Shown piece after piece: positions 37,764 through 47,547 of a stretch of DNA of 64,000 nucleotides. A program made the position numbers and the translations under genes. The stretch spans positions 8,746 through 72,745 of the forward strand of contig DCWL01000011.1 in NCBI GenBank assembly GCA_002327585.1, read 5' to 3'. This DNA is from Candidatus Phycocordibacter aenigmaticus. Its GTDB lineage: Bacteria > Patescibacteriota > Minisyncoccia > Phycocordibacterales > UBA2163. The notes below the pieces were generated by a model, which saw only the letters and a list, made by a program, of their open reading frames with translations, had not been told where the DNA came from and searched no databases. Every line of letters begins with the position of its first letter. The stretch's first letter is position 1.

Positions 37764-39020
37764 CTATTTTATAATATCCTTTCCGATATATTCTCTCAAC
37801 ACTTCAGGCACATTTATTGAACCGTCTTCATTCTGATTGTTCTCTATTAATGGAATGAGGATACGCGGAGCCGCAATTGTCGTATTGTTAAGAGAGTGTG
37901 CAAACTTTGCTTTCCCCTCTTTATCTTTGTATTTAATATTCAGCCGCCTTGTCTGGAAATCATGAAAATATGAAGATGAATGAGTTTCTCTGTATTTTTT
38001 CTCAGACGGTATCCAGCTTTCAATGTCGTATTTTTTAACCTGCCCGAGCCCAAGATCTCCCCCTGAGTTTATAACAATCCTGTATGGAATGTTAAGCGCC
38101 TGCATTATCTTCTCGGAGTTCTTCGTAATCTCTTCATGCAGTCTCACAGACTCTTCATGGCTTGCCTCGCAGAGCACGACTTGCTCTAATTTGAAGAATT
38201 CATGAACGCGCATGAGGCCTTTTGTGTCTTTGCCGTGGCTTCCCGCTTCACGCCTGAAGCACGGAGAAAAAGCCAGGAATTTAATCGGTAGATTTTTTCT
38301 GTCAAGAACTTCGTCCATATAATAGCCCATCATCGGCACTTCCGATGTGCCGGCAAGATAGCTTTCGTCCTGTGTTTTATACAAATCTTCTTCACTTTGA
38401 GGAAGAAAACCTGTCCCTAAAAAAGATTCTTTGTTTAAAAGCGATGGCACTACGGTCTTGGTAAATCCTTTGAGATTATCCTGCACGAACTGAAATAGTG
38501 CAAATTGCAAGTTCACGCTATCTCCTTTCAGCACATACCCCCTGAAACCTGCGATTTTTGTACCGCGCTCAAAATCAACCATATCCAAATTCTCCATCAG
38601 TTCAATATGACTTTTCGGTTCAAAAGAAAACTCCGGCTGATTACCCCACTTTCTTATCTCTTTATTATCCGCGTCACTCTCTCCTTCCGGTACCGACATA
38701 TCAGGAATGTTCGGCACACGTACCATTATATACTGCCACTCCTTTACTACTTCTTTCAGCTCACTCTCTTCCACTGAAAGAACATCTTTTAGCATCTTCA
38801 TTTTACTTATCAAATGTTCTTTCTCCGATTGATCAGTTATATTCGCAATCTGGTCAGAAACCGTGTTGTGCTCCGCTTTTTTTGCCTCATATGAAGCAAT
38901 CTTTTTCTTTCTTTCGTCATCAACAGAAATCAAGCGGTCAATGTCAATCTCAATATGCTTCTTTTTTGCGGCAGCTTTTACCAAATCCTTATTTTCTCTG
39001 ATAAATTTTATGTCTAACAT
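37764..39020 (-). CDS. serS: Seryl-tRNA synthetase
   Basis: 418 aa with an N-terminal coiled-coil arm and class II motifs (FRREAGSHGKDTKGLMRVHEF, GLGQ). Confidence 0.9.
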   Translation of the reverse strand: MLDIKFIRENKDLVKAAAKKKHIEIDIDRLISVDDERKKKIASYEAKKAEHNTVSDQIANITDQSEKEHLISKMKMLKDVLSVEESELKEVVKEWQYIMVRVPNIPDMSVPEGESDADNKEIRKWGNQPEFSFEPKSHIELMENLDMVDFERGTKIAGFRGYVLKGDSVNLQFALFQFVQDNLKGFTKTVVPSLLNKESFLGTGFLPQSEEDLYKTQDESYLAGTSEVPMMGYYMDEVLDRKNLPIKFLAFSPCFRREAGSHGKDTKGLMRVHEFFKLEQVVLCEASHEESVRLHEEITKNSEKIMQALNIPYRIVINSGGDLGLGQVKKYDIESWIPSEKKYRETHSSSYFHDFQTRRLNIKYKDKEGKAKFAHSLNNTTIAAPRILIPLIENNQNEDGSINVPEVLREYIGKDIIK

Positions 39021-39097
39021 GATAGAAAATTAAAATGCAAAATGGCAATGCAAAATATAAAATGTATAATTAAGATAATAACAGAAAAAGCCTAATT

Positions 39098-39952
39098 ATG
39101 GAAATGCATACATTAACACCTGAAGAATTCCCAGAACTCTTAAAAGAGATACCAGATAAACCAAAGAAATTGTTTGTAAAGGGCGAACTCCCGCCAAATG
39201 ATATGAAATTTCTCTGTGTTGTCGGCTCACGGAAATACTCTCCTTACGGAAAAGAGGTCTGCAAGACACTCATTGAAGGCCTGAGGGGATATAATGTGGT
39301 GATTGTCTCAGGGCTTGCGTTTGGAATTGACTCGATTGCCCATGATACAGCCCTTAATGCAGGACTCACAGCAGTAGCGATTCCCGGCTCGGGACTCGGT
39401 GAGAAGGTGCTTTATCCAAGTGCAAACAAAAATCTCGCAAAAAGGATACTTGATGCTGGCGGTGCACTTGTCTCTGAGTTTGAAGAGAATTTCAAAGCGA
39501 CCTATTACAGTTTCCCTCAGAGAAACAGGATTATGGCCGGGCTCTCGCACGCCACTCTTATAATAGAGGCGGAAGAGAAATCCGGAACTCTCATAACATC
39601 TCGCCTTGCGACTGAATACAACAGGGATGTCCTGACTGTCCCTGCTTCAATTTTCTCAGGCAACTCATACGGCCCGCATATGCTTCTTCGACTTGGTGCA
39701 ACACCTGTAACGAAGAGCGAGGATATCTTGGAGGCACTTGGGCTAAAGAATGAAGAAAAACAGCAGACACTCAAACTTGAAGATTTGTCAGAAGATGAGA
39801 AAAAGGTCATCGAAATTTTACAAAGCCCTCTACCACGCGACGAGCTCGTCGCACGGCTCAAATTACCAATTCAGCAGGCAAATATAGCGCTCTCCGCAAT
39901 GGAGTTAAAGGGAATCATAAAAGAGAGTATGGGCGAGATGAGATTGATTTGA
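39098..39952 (+). CDS. dprA: DNA processing protein DprA (Smf)
   Basis: 284 aa with a Rossmann-like DprA core (VVGSRKYSPYG, SGLAFGIDSIAH) and a C-terminal winged-helix-like region. Confidence 0.85.
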   Translation: MEMHTLTPEEFPELLKEIPDKPKKLFVKGELPPNDMKFLCVVGSRKYSPYGKEVCKTLIEGLRGYNVVIVSGLAFGIDSIAHDTALNAGLTAVAIPGSGLGEKVLYPSANKNLAKRILDAGGALVSEFEENFKATYYSFPQRNRIMAGLSHATLIIEAEEKSGTLITSRLATEYNRDVLTVPASIFSGNSYGPHMLLRLGATPVTKSEDILEALGLKNEEKQQTLKLEDLSEDEKKVIEILQSPLPRDELVARLKLPIQQANIALSAMELKGIIKESMGEMRLI

Positions 39953-40016
39953 CAAATACATATTTTTATAGTAAATTAATTTCGGTCAATTATCTTTTCT
40001 AAAAGGAGGATAAAAA

Positions 40017-40538
40017 GTGAAGAAAGAAAGATTTATTGGTTTGGTAATTTTAACCAAGACAGAAGATCTCGGATGGATAGCTATCTTGCGCCGGAGAGGA
40101 TGGTTTAGCATTGAGAAGATAGCTTCTCAGCATTTTCAGGGAGTGTGTCAGGTGACTGTTAATGGTAAATGCAAGGAAGGAGAAAGTCCTATAGAAGCTC
40201 TTGTACGAAAAATGAAAGAAGGATTTGGACTTGAATTCTGCAAAGAGTTTGATTTATCAACATTTCATAATAGATGTGTTGAGTTAAATCAAAAGGAGAC
40301 AAACAGGAAAATGGTCATAACATATGGAATTATAATTCCATTTGAGTTAGTTCTAAAAATTAGGATTGACAATCCTTTTGACAGATTGGAAAAGTTAATG
40401 AAAAAACAGGCATTTAGTGACCATATAAGAAAAGTTAATGAAGCCGACAAAGAAAAGGGTATTCAAAACATGAATATGATAGCAATGTTTCCTGATGAAA
40501 AGAAAGCCGTGTTATCAGCGTTTGAAAAGCTCACTTAA
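40017..40538 (+). CDS. Nudix-fold protein with a degenerate Nudix box
   Basis: GTG start with a strong RBS (AGGAGGAtaaaaaGTG). The segment GKCKEGESPIEALVRKMKEGFGL aligns to the Nudix box GX5EX7REUXEEXGU (compare MutT GGKIEMGETPEQAVVRELQEEVGI) with RE->RK and EE->EG substitutions. Confidence 0.45.
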   Translation: MKKERFIGLVILTKTEDLGWIAILRRRGWFSIEKIASQHFQGVCQVTVNGKCKEGESPIEALVRKMKEGFGLEFCKEFDLSTFHNRCVELNQKETNRKMVITYGIIIPFELVLKIRIDNPFDRLEKLMKKQAFSDHIRKVNEADKEKGIQNMNMIAMFPDEKKAVLSAFEKLT

Positions 40539-40558
40539 AAAATCTTTGCAATTATCAG

Positions 40559-40590
40559 AAGCCCAGTAAATATATTTGCTGGGCTTTTAT
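40559..40590 (+). terminator. Rho-independent terminator
   Basis: AAGCCCAG-N12-CTGGGCTT then TTATTATTT. It lies inside the N-terminal extension of the track's topA ORF, which supports the 40630 start. Confidence 0.5.
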
Positions 40591-40629
40591 TATTTGCAAA
40601 ATAAAACTTTTTATAGTAAATGTAAACAT

Positions 40630-42798
40630 ATGAGTAAATTATTAATTGTTGAGTCGCCTGCAAAGGCAAAAACTATATCGAAATATCTTGATGGTAAATA
40701 TGCTGTCAAAGCAAGTATCGGACACGTTCGCGACCTACCTAAAAGCAACAAAAAGGCAATTGATATTGAAGGAGGATTCATTCCGCACTACGAAGTTGTT
40801 AAAGGAAAAGAAAAGGTTATTAGGGAAATAAAAGACAATGCCCAAAAAGCTGATGAGATACTTCTTGCCACAGACCCCGACCGAGAGGGCGAAGCTATAG
40901 CATGGCATCTTGCTCAAGTCCTTAAGACTGGAAATCCAAAACGAGTTGTTTTTAACGAGATAACGAAAGATGCAGTGCAAGAAGCCCTAAAACATCCAAG
41001 AGAAATAGACGACCGGCTTCGCAAAGCGCAAGAAGCACGCCGTGTGCTTGACCGTCTTGTCGGTTATGATTTGTCGGGGCTGATATGGAAAAAAGTGAGA
41101 TATGGGCTCTCTGCCGGCCGTGTGCAGTCCCCTGCACTCCGCATCATTATGGAGCGGGAGCGGGAGATCAGGAGCTTCAAGCCAGAGGACTTTTGGATAA
41201 TAACAGCCGATGTTAAGAACAAAAATAACTCGCAGTTTGTACTTACCTGCTCTGAGGAGCCCACAGAGAAAAAAGAAATGCAGAAGATAATGGATGCAGG
41301 AAAGAATGGGAAGTGGAGCATAACCAATATCAAAGAAAATGAAATGAAGCGCGCACCAAGAACTCCGTTTATAACCTCAACTCTTCAGCAGAGTGCAAGT
41401 ACACGGCTTTCATTTGTACCTTCAAAGACAATGTCTATAGCGCAGAAACTCTACGAAGCCGGTCACATCACATATATGCGCACGGACAGCACGACAATGA
41501 GTAGCTTAGCTCACGGTCAGATAGAAAAAATGGTTGAAAAAAAATACGGCAAACAATATTTACAGATGCGAGTGTATAAAACTAAAAGCAGGCTCGCACA
41601 GGAAGCGCATGAAGCTATAAGACCGACAAATATATTAAAAGAATCGGCTGGAAATACGAATGAGCAAAAAAAACTCTATCGGCTGATCTGGCAGAGAACC
41701 GTTGCATCACAGATGACAGATGCAAAGCTTCTAAAAACAAAGATGATAGTAAAAGTCGCTGACGGCGAAGTTCCAGATTTCACTACAAACGGCTCTCGCA
41801 CTTTATTTGACGGATGGCTCAAAGTCGATCCGTCCGCTGCAGGAGAGGATGTAGAACTTCCAAAAGTAGATGTTGGTGAGATTCTTAAACTGATTGAGAT
41901 GCACTCTGAGGAAAGACAAACTCAGCCGCCTTTCCGCTACACAGAAGCCGGCCTTATAAAAGAGCTTGAAAAAAGAGGCATCGGACGCCCTTCTACATAT
42001 GCTTCTATTATGAAAACGCTCAATGAGCGCGGATATGTGACAAAAGAAGGAAAAACCCTTTTCCCTACCGATACAGGAGATGTAGTAAGCACATTCCTTG
42101 AAAACAATTTCAAAAAATATATAAGCGATTCTTTTACTGCAGAGATGGAAAATGAGCTTGATGAAATTGCAAGTGGAGAGCGGGAATATATAAAGACATT
42201 ATCTGATTTTTATACACCATTTACAGAAGATGTGAATTCGAAAAAAGATATAGAGAAAATTACCAACTTAGGTGATGCACCTAAAGAGCATAAATGTCCT
42301 AAGTGTGGAGCAGATATGATTATAAAGCTCGGAAAAACTGGGAAGTTCTTGAGCTGCTCCAAATTCCCTAATTGTCCTGGCGCACGTATGATAGATGGAG
42401 AAGAGCTTAAAGGTCCGAAAGAGACGGGAGAGGAATGTCCTGAATGCAAGTCTGGGAAGCTCGTGGAGCGTGATGGAAGATTTGGAAGATTTATTTCCTG
42501 CAACAACTACCCTAAATGTAAATTTATAAAACAAAGCGCAGAGGAGGAAGCTCGGGTTAAAACTGGAGTGAAATGCAATAAATGCAGTACGGGTGAAATG
42601 ATAGAAAAAAGAGGACGTTACGGAATATTTTACAGTTGTTCAAATTATCCAAAGTGCAAATATGCTATAAAAGCGCAACCGACAGGTAATATTTGCAAAC
42701 TATGCGGCTCCTTGGAGATGCAGGGAACAAAAACAATCCCAGAGCGCTGTTCTGAGAAAACCTGTCCCAACCACAATCCACATAAGTTGGAAAAATAA
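40630..42798 (+). CDS. topA: DNA topoisomerase I with C-terminal zinc-ribbon repeats
   Basis: The Toprim N-terminus (MSKLLIVESPAKAKTISKYL), a catalytic Tyr region, and at least three C4 zinc ribbons (CPKCG..C..C). The track ORF begins at an upstream TTG (40576); the ATG at 40630 is more plausible. Confidence 0.9.
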   Translation: MSKLLIVESPAKAKTISKYLDGKYAVKASIGHVRDLPKSNKKAIDIEGGFIPHYEVVKGKEKVIREIKDNAQKADEILLATDPDREGEAIAWHLAQVLKTGNPKRVVFNEITKDAVQEALKHPREIDDRLRKAQEARRVLDRLVGYDLSGLIWKKVRYGLSAGRVQSPALRIIMEREREIRSFKPEDFWIITADVKNKNNSQFVLTCSEEPTEKKEMQKIMDAGKNGKWSITNIKENEMKRAPRTPFITSTLQQSASTRLSFVPSKTMSIAQKLYEAGHITYMRTDSTTMSSLAHGQIEKMVEKKYGKQYLQMRVYKTKSRLAQEAHEAIRPTNILKESAGNTNEQKKLYRLIWQRTVASQMTDAKLLKTKMIVKVADGEVPDFTTNGSRTLFDGWLKVDPSAAGEDVELPKVDVGEILKLIEMHSEERQTQPPFRYTEAGLIKELEKRGIGRPSTYASIMKTLNERGYVTKEGKTLFPTDTGDVVSTFLENNFKKYISDSFTAEMENELDEIASGEREYIKTLSDFYTPFTEDVNSKKDIEKITNLGDAPKEHKCPKCGADMIIKLGKTGKFLSCSKFPNCPGARMIDGEELKGPKETGEECPECKSGKLVERDGRFGRFISCNNYPKCKFIKQSAEEEARVKTGVKCNKCSTGEMIEKRGRYGIFYSCSNYPKCKYAIKAQPTGNICKLCGSLEMQGTKTIPERCSEKTCPNHNPHKLEK

Positions 42799-42802
42799 AA
42801 AA

Positions 42803-42840
42803 TCCCGCATAGACAAAGTTTGAATTTTGTCTATGTGGGA
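42803..42840. terminator. Bidirectional rho-independent terminator
   Basis: TCCCGCATAGACAAA gtttgaat TTTGTCTATGTGGGA, with T-runs on the minus side. Sits between topA and the convergent small ORF. Confidence 0.55.
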
Positions 42841-42864
42841 TTCTAAAGATGTGAAGCAGGAAAA

Positions 42865-43077
42865 TTAATATTCTTTGTTGCACTTTATGTTGAAATATAC
42901 CGTGAAGTACACCAAGGGATTCAATATCCCGAAAAAGGTTACTAACACTATTCCGCCATATAATAAAGCGCTATCCCCATTGATGAGACCCTCCACCAGA
43001 ACTGCAATAGATAAGATCAAAATAATGATCATTATCGGTCTTGATATGCCATTCCATGTCTTCAATTTCATACTCAT
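42865..43077 (-). CDS. Small 2-TM membrane protein, 70 aa
   Basis: Hydrophobic ORF with no family. Confidence 0.35.
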   Translation of the reverse strand: MSMKLKTWNGISRPIMIIILILSIAVLVEGLINGDSALLYGGIVLVTFFGILNPLVYFTVYFNIKCNKEY

Positions 43078-43189
43078 CCTCCCTAAAAAGTTAAAAACCT
43101 TTTATATTCCCTAAAGAGATTACTACAGTCTCTCAAAAAAATCAAGGGGTGCCATTTGCAATAAATATCTAAAGGAATAAAATGGGCTT

Positions 43190-44767
43190 ATGAGCACAAA
43201 AGATATTATCAGCCTGATGGACTCGCCAACTGGCGCAGACAAAGAGTTTATCACAAAAGCATATAAATTTGCTGAACACGCGCACAAGGATCAAAGAAGA
43301 AACTCCAGAGATCTGTATATTGTGCATCTGTGCGAAACTGCAAAAATCCTCGCAGGGCTTGGTATGGGCGTAAAAACTGTTGCGGCTGGACTTCTGCACG
43401 ATACAATAGAGGATGTTGGGGTTACAGAGGAGCAACTTCGGAAAAAATTCGGAGATGAAATTTTATATCTCGTGCAGGGTGTAACAGGGCTTGGAATGCT
43501 AAGATATAGAGGTCAGAAAAAACATGCCGAGAGTTTGCGCAAGCTTTTCGTGGTGACATCACAAGACATAAGGATTCTCATAATAAAGCTTGCAGATCGT
43601 CTTCATAATATGAGAACGCTTCAATACAACAACAAAGAAAGCCAGAAAAGAAATGCTTTGGAAACCCTTGAGATATACGCGCAGATTGCAGACCGCCTTG
43701 GAATGGGTCAGATGAAGGGAGAACTGGAAGATCTTGCTTTCCCGTATGTTTATCCGGATAAATACCAAGAAGTAAGGAAATTAAGAAAACAAAGAGGAAA
43801 AGAAACACTGAAGAGACTTGTAAAAATTGACAAATCTCTTAAAAAGGAACTGGCAAAAAATGAAATAATAAATTTCAGGACTGACTACAGAATGAAACAG
43901 CTCTACAGCCTCTACCAGAAACTTGAAAGAAAGGAGCATAACATTGAAAAAATCCGCGACATATCGGCTCTCAGAATAATCGTGCCCACCGTGAGCGATT
44001 GCTATAAAATTCTCGGGATAATACACGGTCTCTGGAGACCACTTCCCGGAGAAATCAAAGACTATATCGCATTCCCGCGCCCAAACGGCTATCGTTCCCT
44101 GCATACAACAATCTTCACAGGTGATGGAGGAATTATTGAAATACAAATACGAACAGAGGAAATGCATAAAGAGTCGGAGTACGGAATCGCATCGCATATA
44201 TCATATAAAGGAGGTCTTGAAGGAAAAAGAAAGAAAACAAATCTTTTATGGTTTCGGGATCTTTTCTCTTCAAGGATACGCGGCAGGATAAAACAATTCC
44301 AAGATAAAAGAGCCGAGAAAAAAATAAAAAAGAAATCCACTAAAAAACAGCGCGAGAATGCGTATGAAAAACCAAAATACTCTATCAGCAAAGTACCCGC
44401 GTGGATAAAGCAGATCGCAGAAGAGCAGAAAAGTGTTCCTGAGTCAGAAGAATTTTTGGAGGACTTGAAATCTGATTTCTTCAGCCATAGAGTATTCGTG
44501 TTCACTCCAAAAGGAGATGTGATTGACCTTCCTGCCGACTCAAGCCCTATTGATTTTGCTTACGCCGTCCACTCGGATATCGGAAATCATGTTTTTGGCA
44601 CAAAAGTCAATGATAAGCTTGTCTCTCTTGATACGAAACTTAAAAACGGCGATATAGTGGAAATAGAAACAAAGGAGTCAAGCCACCCGACACGAAAGTG
44701 GCTTGATACTGCAAAGACATCAGTGGCACAGAGGCATATACGTAGCGCAATCACCAAGAAAGATTAA
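43190..44767 (+). CDS. rel: RelA/SpoT-family (p)ppGpp synthetase/hydrolase, short form (HD + synthetase + TGS, no ACT)
   Basis: 525 aa with the HD motif (HLCETA..LLHDTIED), synthetase motifs (YRSLHTTI, GIIEIQIRT), and a C-terminal TGS-like segment (FVFTPKGDVIDLP). A lysine-rich insertion precedes the TGS domain. Confidence 0.8.
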   Translation: MSTKDIISLMDSPTGADKEFITKAYKFAEHAHKDQRRNSRDLYIVHLCETAKILAGLGMGVKTVAAGLLHDTIEDVGVTEEQLRKKFGDEILYLVQGVTGLGMLRYRGQKKHAESLRKLFVVTSQDIRILIIKLADRLHNMRTLQYNNKESQKRNALETLEIYAQIADRLGMGQMKGELEDLAFPYVYPDKYQEVRKLRKQRGKETLKRLVKIDKSLKKELAKNEIINFRTDYRMKQLYSLYQKLERKEHNIEKIRDISALRIIVPTVSDCYKILGIIHGLWRPLPGEIKDYIAFPRPNGYRSLHTTIFTGDGGIIEIQIRTEEMHKESEYGIASHISYKGGLEGKRKKTNLLWFRDLFSSRIRGRIKQFQDKRAEKKIKKKSTKKQRENAYEKPKYSISKVPAWIKQIAEEQKSVPESEEFLEDLKSDFFSHRVFVFTPKGDVIDLPADSSPIDFAYAVHSDIGNHVFGTKVNDKLVSLDTKLKNGDIVEIETKESSHPTRKWLDTAKTSVAQRHIRSAITKKD

Positions 44768-45750
44768 ATGGAGAAATTCTTAATGGAGTACAAGTCTTCT
44801 TCTCCAACACTCTCTGAGGTCGAGGCTCCGATCTCTTCGAGCGTCGGGGCTTCTTCTTTTTGTAGTTCTTCTCTATTTTCAGATATGAATTTTTCAACTC
44901 TTATACGCCCGTCCTGATTATCACTTGCATTCAGGATATCTAAAATTCCGCGAAGATCATCCGCCGAAAAGAAATCAATTGTTAGTTTCCCGCCGACTTC
45001 CTTTTTCTCAATCACTACCCGCGTACCAAGAGTCTCTGTAAGCTTGTTTTCAAGTTCCACCATTTCAGGATCAAAACTTCGTGTATGTTTTCTTACTCTG
45101 TCTGTGGCAATTCTCCGTGATATCGCCTCTGCTTCACGAACAGTAAGTTTTTTCATAACAATTTCCTTAAACAATGTCTTCTGCTCTTCTGGCCTGTCAG
45201 CAAGCATCATAACCGGCCTTGCATGGCCTTCAGCTATAGTGCCTTCGGAGAGCGCCTGCTGAACCTCCTCCGGCAGAGAAAGAAGTCGTATGCTGTTTGA
45301 AACATACTCGCGGCTTTTGCCGACTTTTTGCCCAACTTCTCCATGCTTGAAATTAAATTCATTCACTAAACGAGAAAAAGCGTACGCTCTGTCAACGGGA
45401 TTGAGATCTTCGCGCTGGAGATTTTCAATTATAGCGAGCTCAAGCTTTATTCTTCCGTCATCCTCCGTTGTTCTTATTATCACAGGCACTTGAGTGATGC
45501 CGGCAATTTCTGAGGCTTTTAATCTGCGTTCGCCAGCAATAAGTTCATACTGAGCGGAGAGCCCGCCGTCATCTCTTTGATGTTCTTTGCGCGTTACAAC
45601 AAGTGGCTGGAGAACGCCATACTGGCGGATGGAATCCGCCAAATCATTGAGCTTCAAGGGATTAAATTCCCTTCTAGGCTGATAGGGATTTGGTTTTATT
45701 TTGTCCAGCTCAATCCAATATATTGAGTCATTGTGGAATTGCTGTGTCAT
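44764..45750 (-). CDS. parB: ParB/Spo0J family protein
   Basis: 328 aa with ParB box motifs (IELDKIKPNPYQPR, LIAGERR) and an HTH (SREYVSNSIRLLSLPEEVQ). No parA is adjacent. Confidence 0.8.
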   Translation of the reverse strand: MTQQFHNDSIYWIELDKIKPNPYQPRREFNPLKLNDLADSIRQYGVLQPLVVTRKEHQRDDGGLSAQYELIAGERRLKASEIAGITQVPVIIRTTEDDGRIKLELAIIENLQREDLNPVDRAYAFSRLVNEFNFKHGEVGQKVGKSREYVSNSIRLLSLPEEVQQALSEGTIAEGHARPVMMLADRPEEQKTLFKEIVMKKLTVREAEAISRRIATDRVRKHTRSFDPEMVELENKLTETLGTRVVIEKKEVGGKLTIDFFSADDLRGILDILNASDNQDGRIRVEKFISENREELQKEEAPTLEEIGASTSESVGEEDLYSIKNFSI

Positions 45751-45827
45751 ATTGCGACTATTGTATCATAAAAAAATTATGCACGAAAATTGATTTGTGT
45801 GAGAAATTTCAGTACACTATTTCTACT

Positions 45828-45909
45828 GCCTAGGTGGCGGAATTGGTTTACGCGCACGACTCAAAATCGTGTGGAGAAATCCATGTGGGTTCGACTCCCA
45901 CCCTAGGCA
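45828..45909 (+). tRNA. tRNA-Leu (anticodon CAA), long variable arm
   Basis: GCCTAGGTGGCGGAATTGGTTTACGCGCACGACTCAAAATCGTGTGGAGAAATCCATGTGGGTTCGACTCCCACCCTAGGCA. Anticodon loop CTCAAAA; class II variable arm. Confidence 0.85.
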
Positions 45910-45954
45910 TTGATTTTTTATACAATTGTTGGAAGCAAGATATTCAATAGTTTT

Positions 45955-46497
45955 TTAAATCTTGCCTACTAAATCAAGCCCCGGCTCGAGAGTATCGTCT
46001 CCAGGATTCCAGCTTGCTGGACATACTTTATTACCATGCTTGCGAACGAACTTTGACGCCTGAAGTTTTCTTAAGAGCTCTTTTGAATTTCGTCCTACAT
46101 TGTTGTTATTTATCTCAGCAATCTGAAGCACTCCATCGGGGTCAATGATGAAGCTTCCCCTTAGCGTAATTCCTTCATCTTCTATTAAAACTCCAAGAAT
46201 TTCTGAAAGCGTGTGATTTGCATCAGATGCCATCGGAAATTTAATCTTCCCTATTGCTTTGGACTTATCGTGCCATGCTTTATGCACGAAAACCGTATCA
46301 GTGCTTACCGATACGACTTCAGCATCCTCCTTTTTAAAAGTCTCGTAGCTATCAGCCATCTCTTCAAGCTCCGTCGGGCAGACAAATGTAAAATCAGCTG
46401 GATAAAAGAAAAGTATTAGCCACTTGTCCTTAAAGTCAGAGATTTTCATCTCTTTTATATCACTCTCATAAAATGCGCTGAACTTTATATCTGGCAT
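45955..46497 (-). CDS. Peroxiredoxin (AhpC/TSA family)
   Basis: FYPADFTFVCPTE peroxidatic Cys motif and a resolving Cys near the C-terminus. The likely start is MPDIKF at 46497 with a GGAGA RBS. The track ORF extends to 46575 with a Cys-rich extension. Confidence 0.8.
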   Translation of the reverse strand: MPDIKFSAFYESDIKEMKISDFKDKWLILFFYPADFTFVCPTELEEMADSYETFKKEDAEVVSVSTDTVFVHKAWHDKSKAIGKIKFPMASDANHTLSEILGVLIEDEGITLRGSFIIDPDGVLQIAEINNNNVGRNSKELLRKLQASKFVRKHGNKVCPASWNPGDDTLEPGLDLVGKI

Positions 46498-46616
46498 CTT
46501 GTCTCCAATGCTGATTGATTGGTTGCAACAGCCAAAATTATTACAGAGCCTGCAATTATTTTCTTTTTTTGACATATCATTTAAATAAGATTATTAATAC
46601 AGTATTATTAAATCAT

Positions 46617-47513
46617 ATGCGAGAAAAAAATCCAAAGATTATAGTTATCTTAGGTCCGACCGCAACTGGAAAAAGCGATCTGGCAGTGAAACTTGCCAAA
46701 AAATTCGATGGGGAGATTATTTCTGCTGACTCAAGGCAGGTTTATAGAGGGCTTGATATAGGAAGCGGTAAAATAACTAAAAAGGAAATGGGGGGCGTAC
46801 CGCATTATCTGATTGATATTGCAAACCCAAAAAGGAAGTTTAGCGTTGCGCAGTATAAAAAGCTCGCAGATAAAAAGATTACGGAAATTCATAAAATCAG
46901 AAAAACTCCATTTATAGTCGGTGGAACAGGTTTCTATATTCAGGCAATTGTGGACAATCTTATCTTACCGGAAGTAAAGCCAAATTATAAATTACGCAGG
47001 CAGCTTGAGAGAAAATCAGCGAAAGAACTGTTTATAATTTTAAAGAAATTAGACAAAGATCGGGCACAGGAGATTGAAAGAGATAATCCCCGGAGGCTGA
47101 TACGCGCCATTGAGATCGCACGAGAGCTTGGGAAGGTTCCGAAATTAAAGATAAAGCCTAAATATGCCACGTTTCAGGTAGGACTTAAACTGCCTGAGAA
47201 AAAACTATATGAAAAAATTCACAAACGACTGTTAAAACGTATGAAAAATGGAATGTTATCTGAAGCACGGCGTCTTCGCCGACGAGGCCTGGCGTGGAAA
47301 CGTTTAGAAGCGCTCGGACTTGAATATCGTTACATGGCACTATATTTGCAAGATATAATCAATGAGAAAGAAATGCTTTCAAAAATTGAGACAGGAAGCC
47401 AGCGCTTCGCTAAGCGCCAAATGAGATGGTTCAAACGTGATCCTCGAATAAACTGGTTTAGCCCGAATGAATCAAGAAAAATAGAAAAAAAAGTGAGGGA
47501 GTTTATAAAATAA
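46617..47513 (+). CDS. miaA: tRNA dimethylallyltransferase
   Basis: P-loop GPTATGKS, plus the DSRQVYRGLDIGSGK motif. The real start is MREKNPK at 46617; the track ORF is over-extended from 46515. Confidence 0.85.
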   Translation: MREKNPKIIVILGPTATGKSDLAVKLAKKFDGEIISADSRQVYRGLDIGSGKITKKEMGGVPHYLIDIANPKRKFSVAQYKKLADKKITEIHKIRKTPFIVGGTGFYIQAIVDNLILPEVKPNYKLRRQLERKSAKELFIILKKLDKDRAQEIERDNPRRLIRAIEIARELGKVPKLKIKPKYATFQVGLKLPEKKLYEKIHKRLLKRMKNGMLSEARRLRRRGLAWKRLEALGLEYRYMALYLQDIINEKEMLSKIETGSQRFAKRQMRWFKRDPRINWFSPNESRKIEKKVREFIK

Positions 47514-47547
47514 ACGACTCAATATATTGAGCCGCTTATTTTATTTG

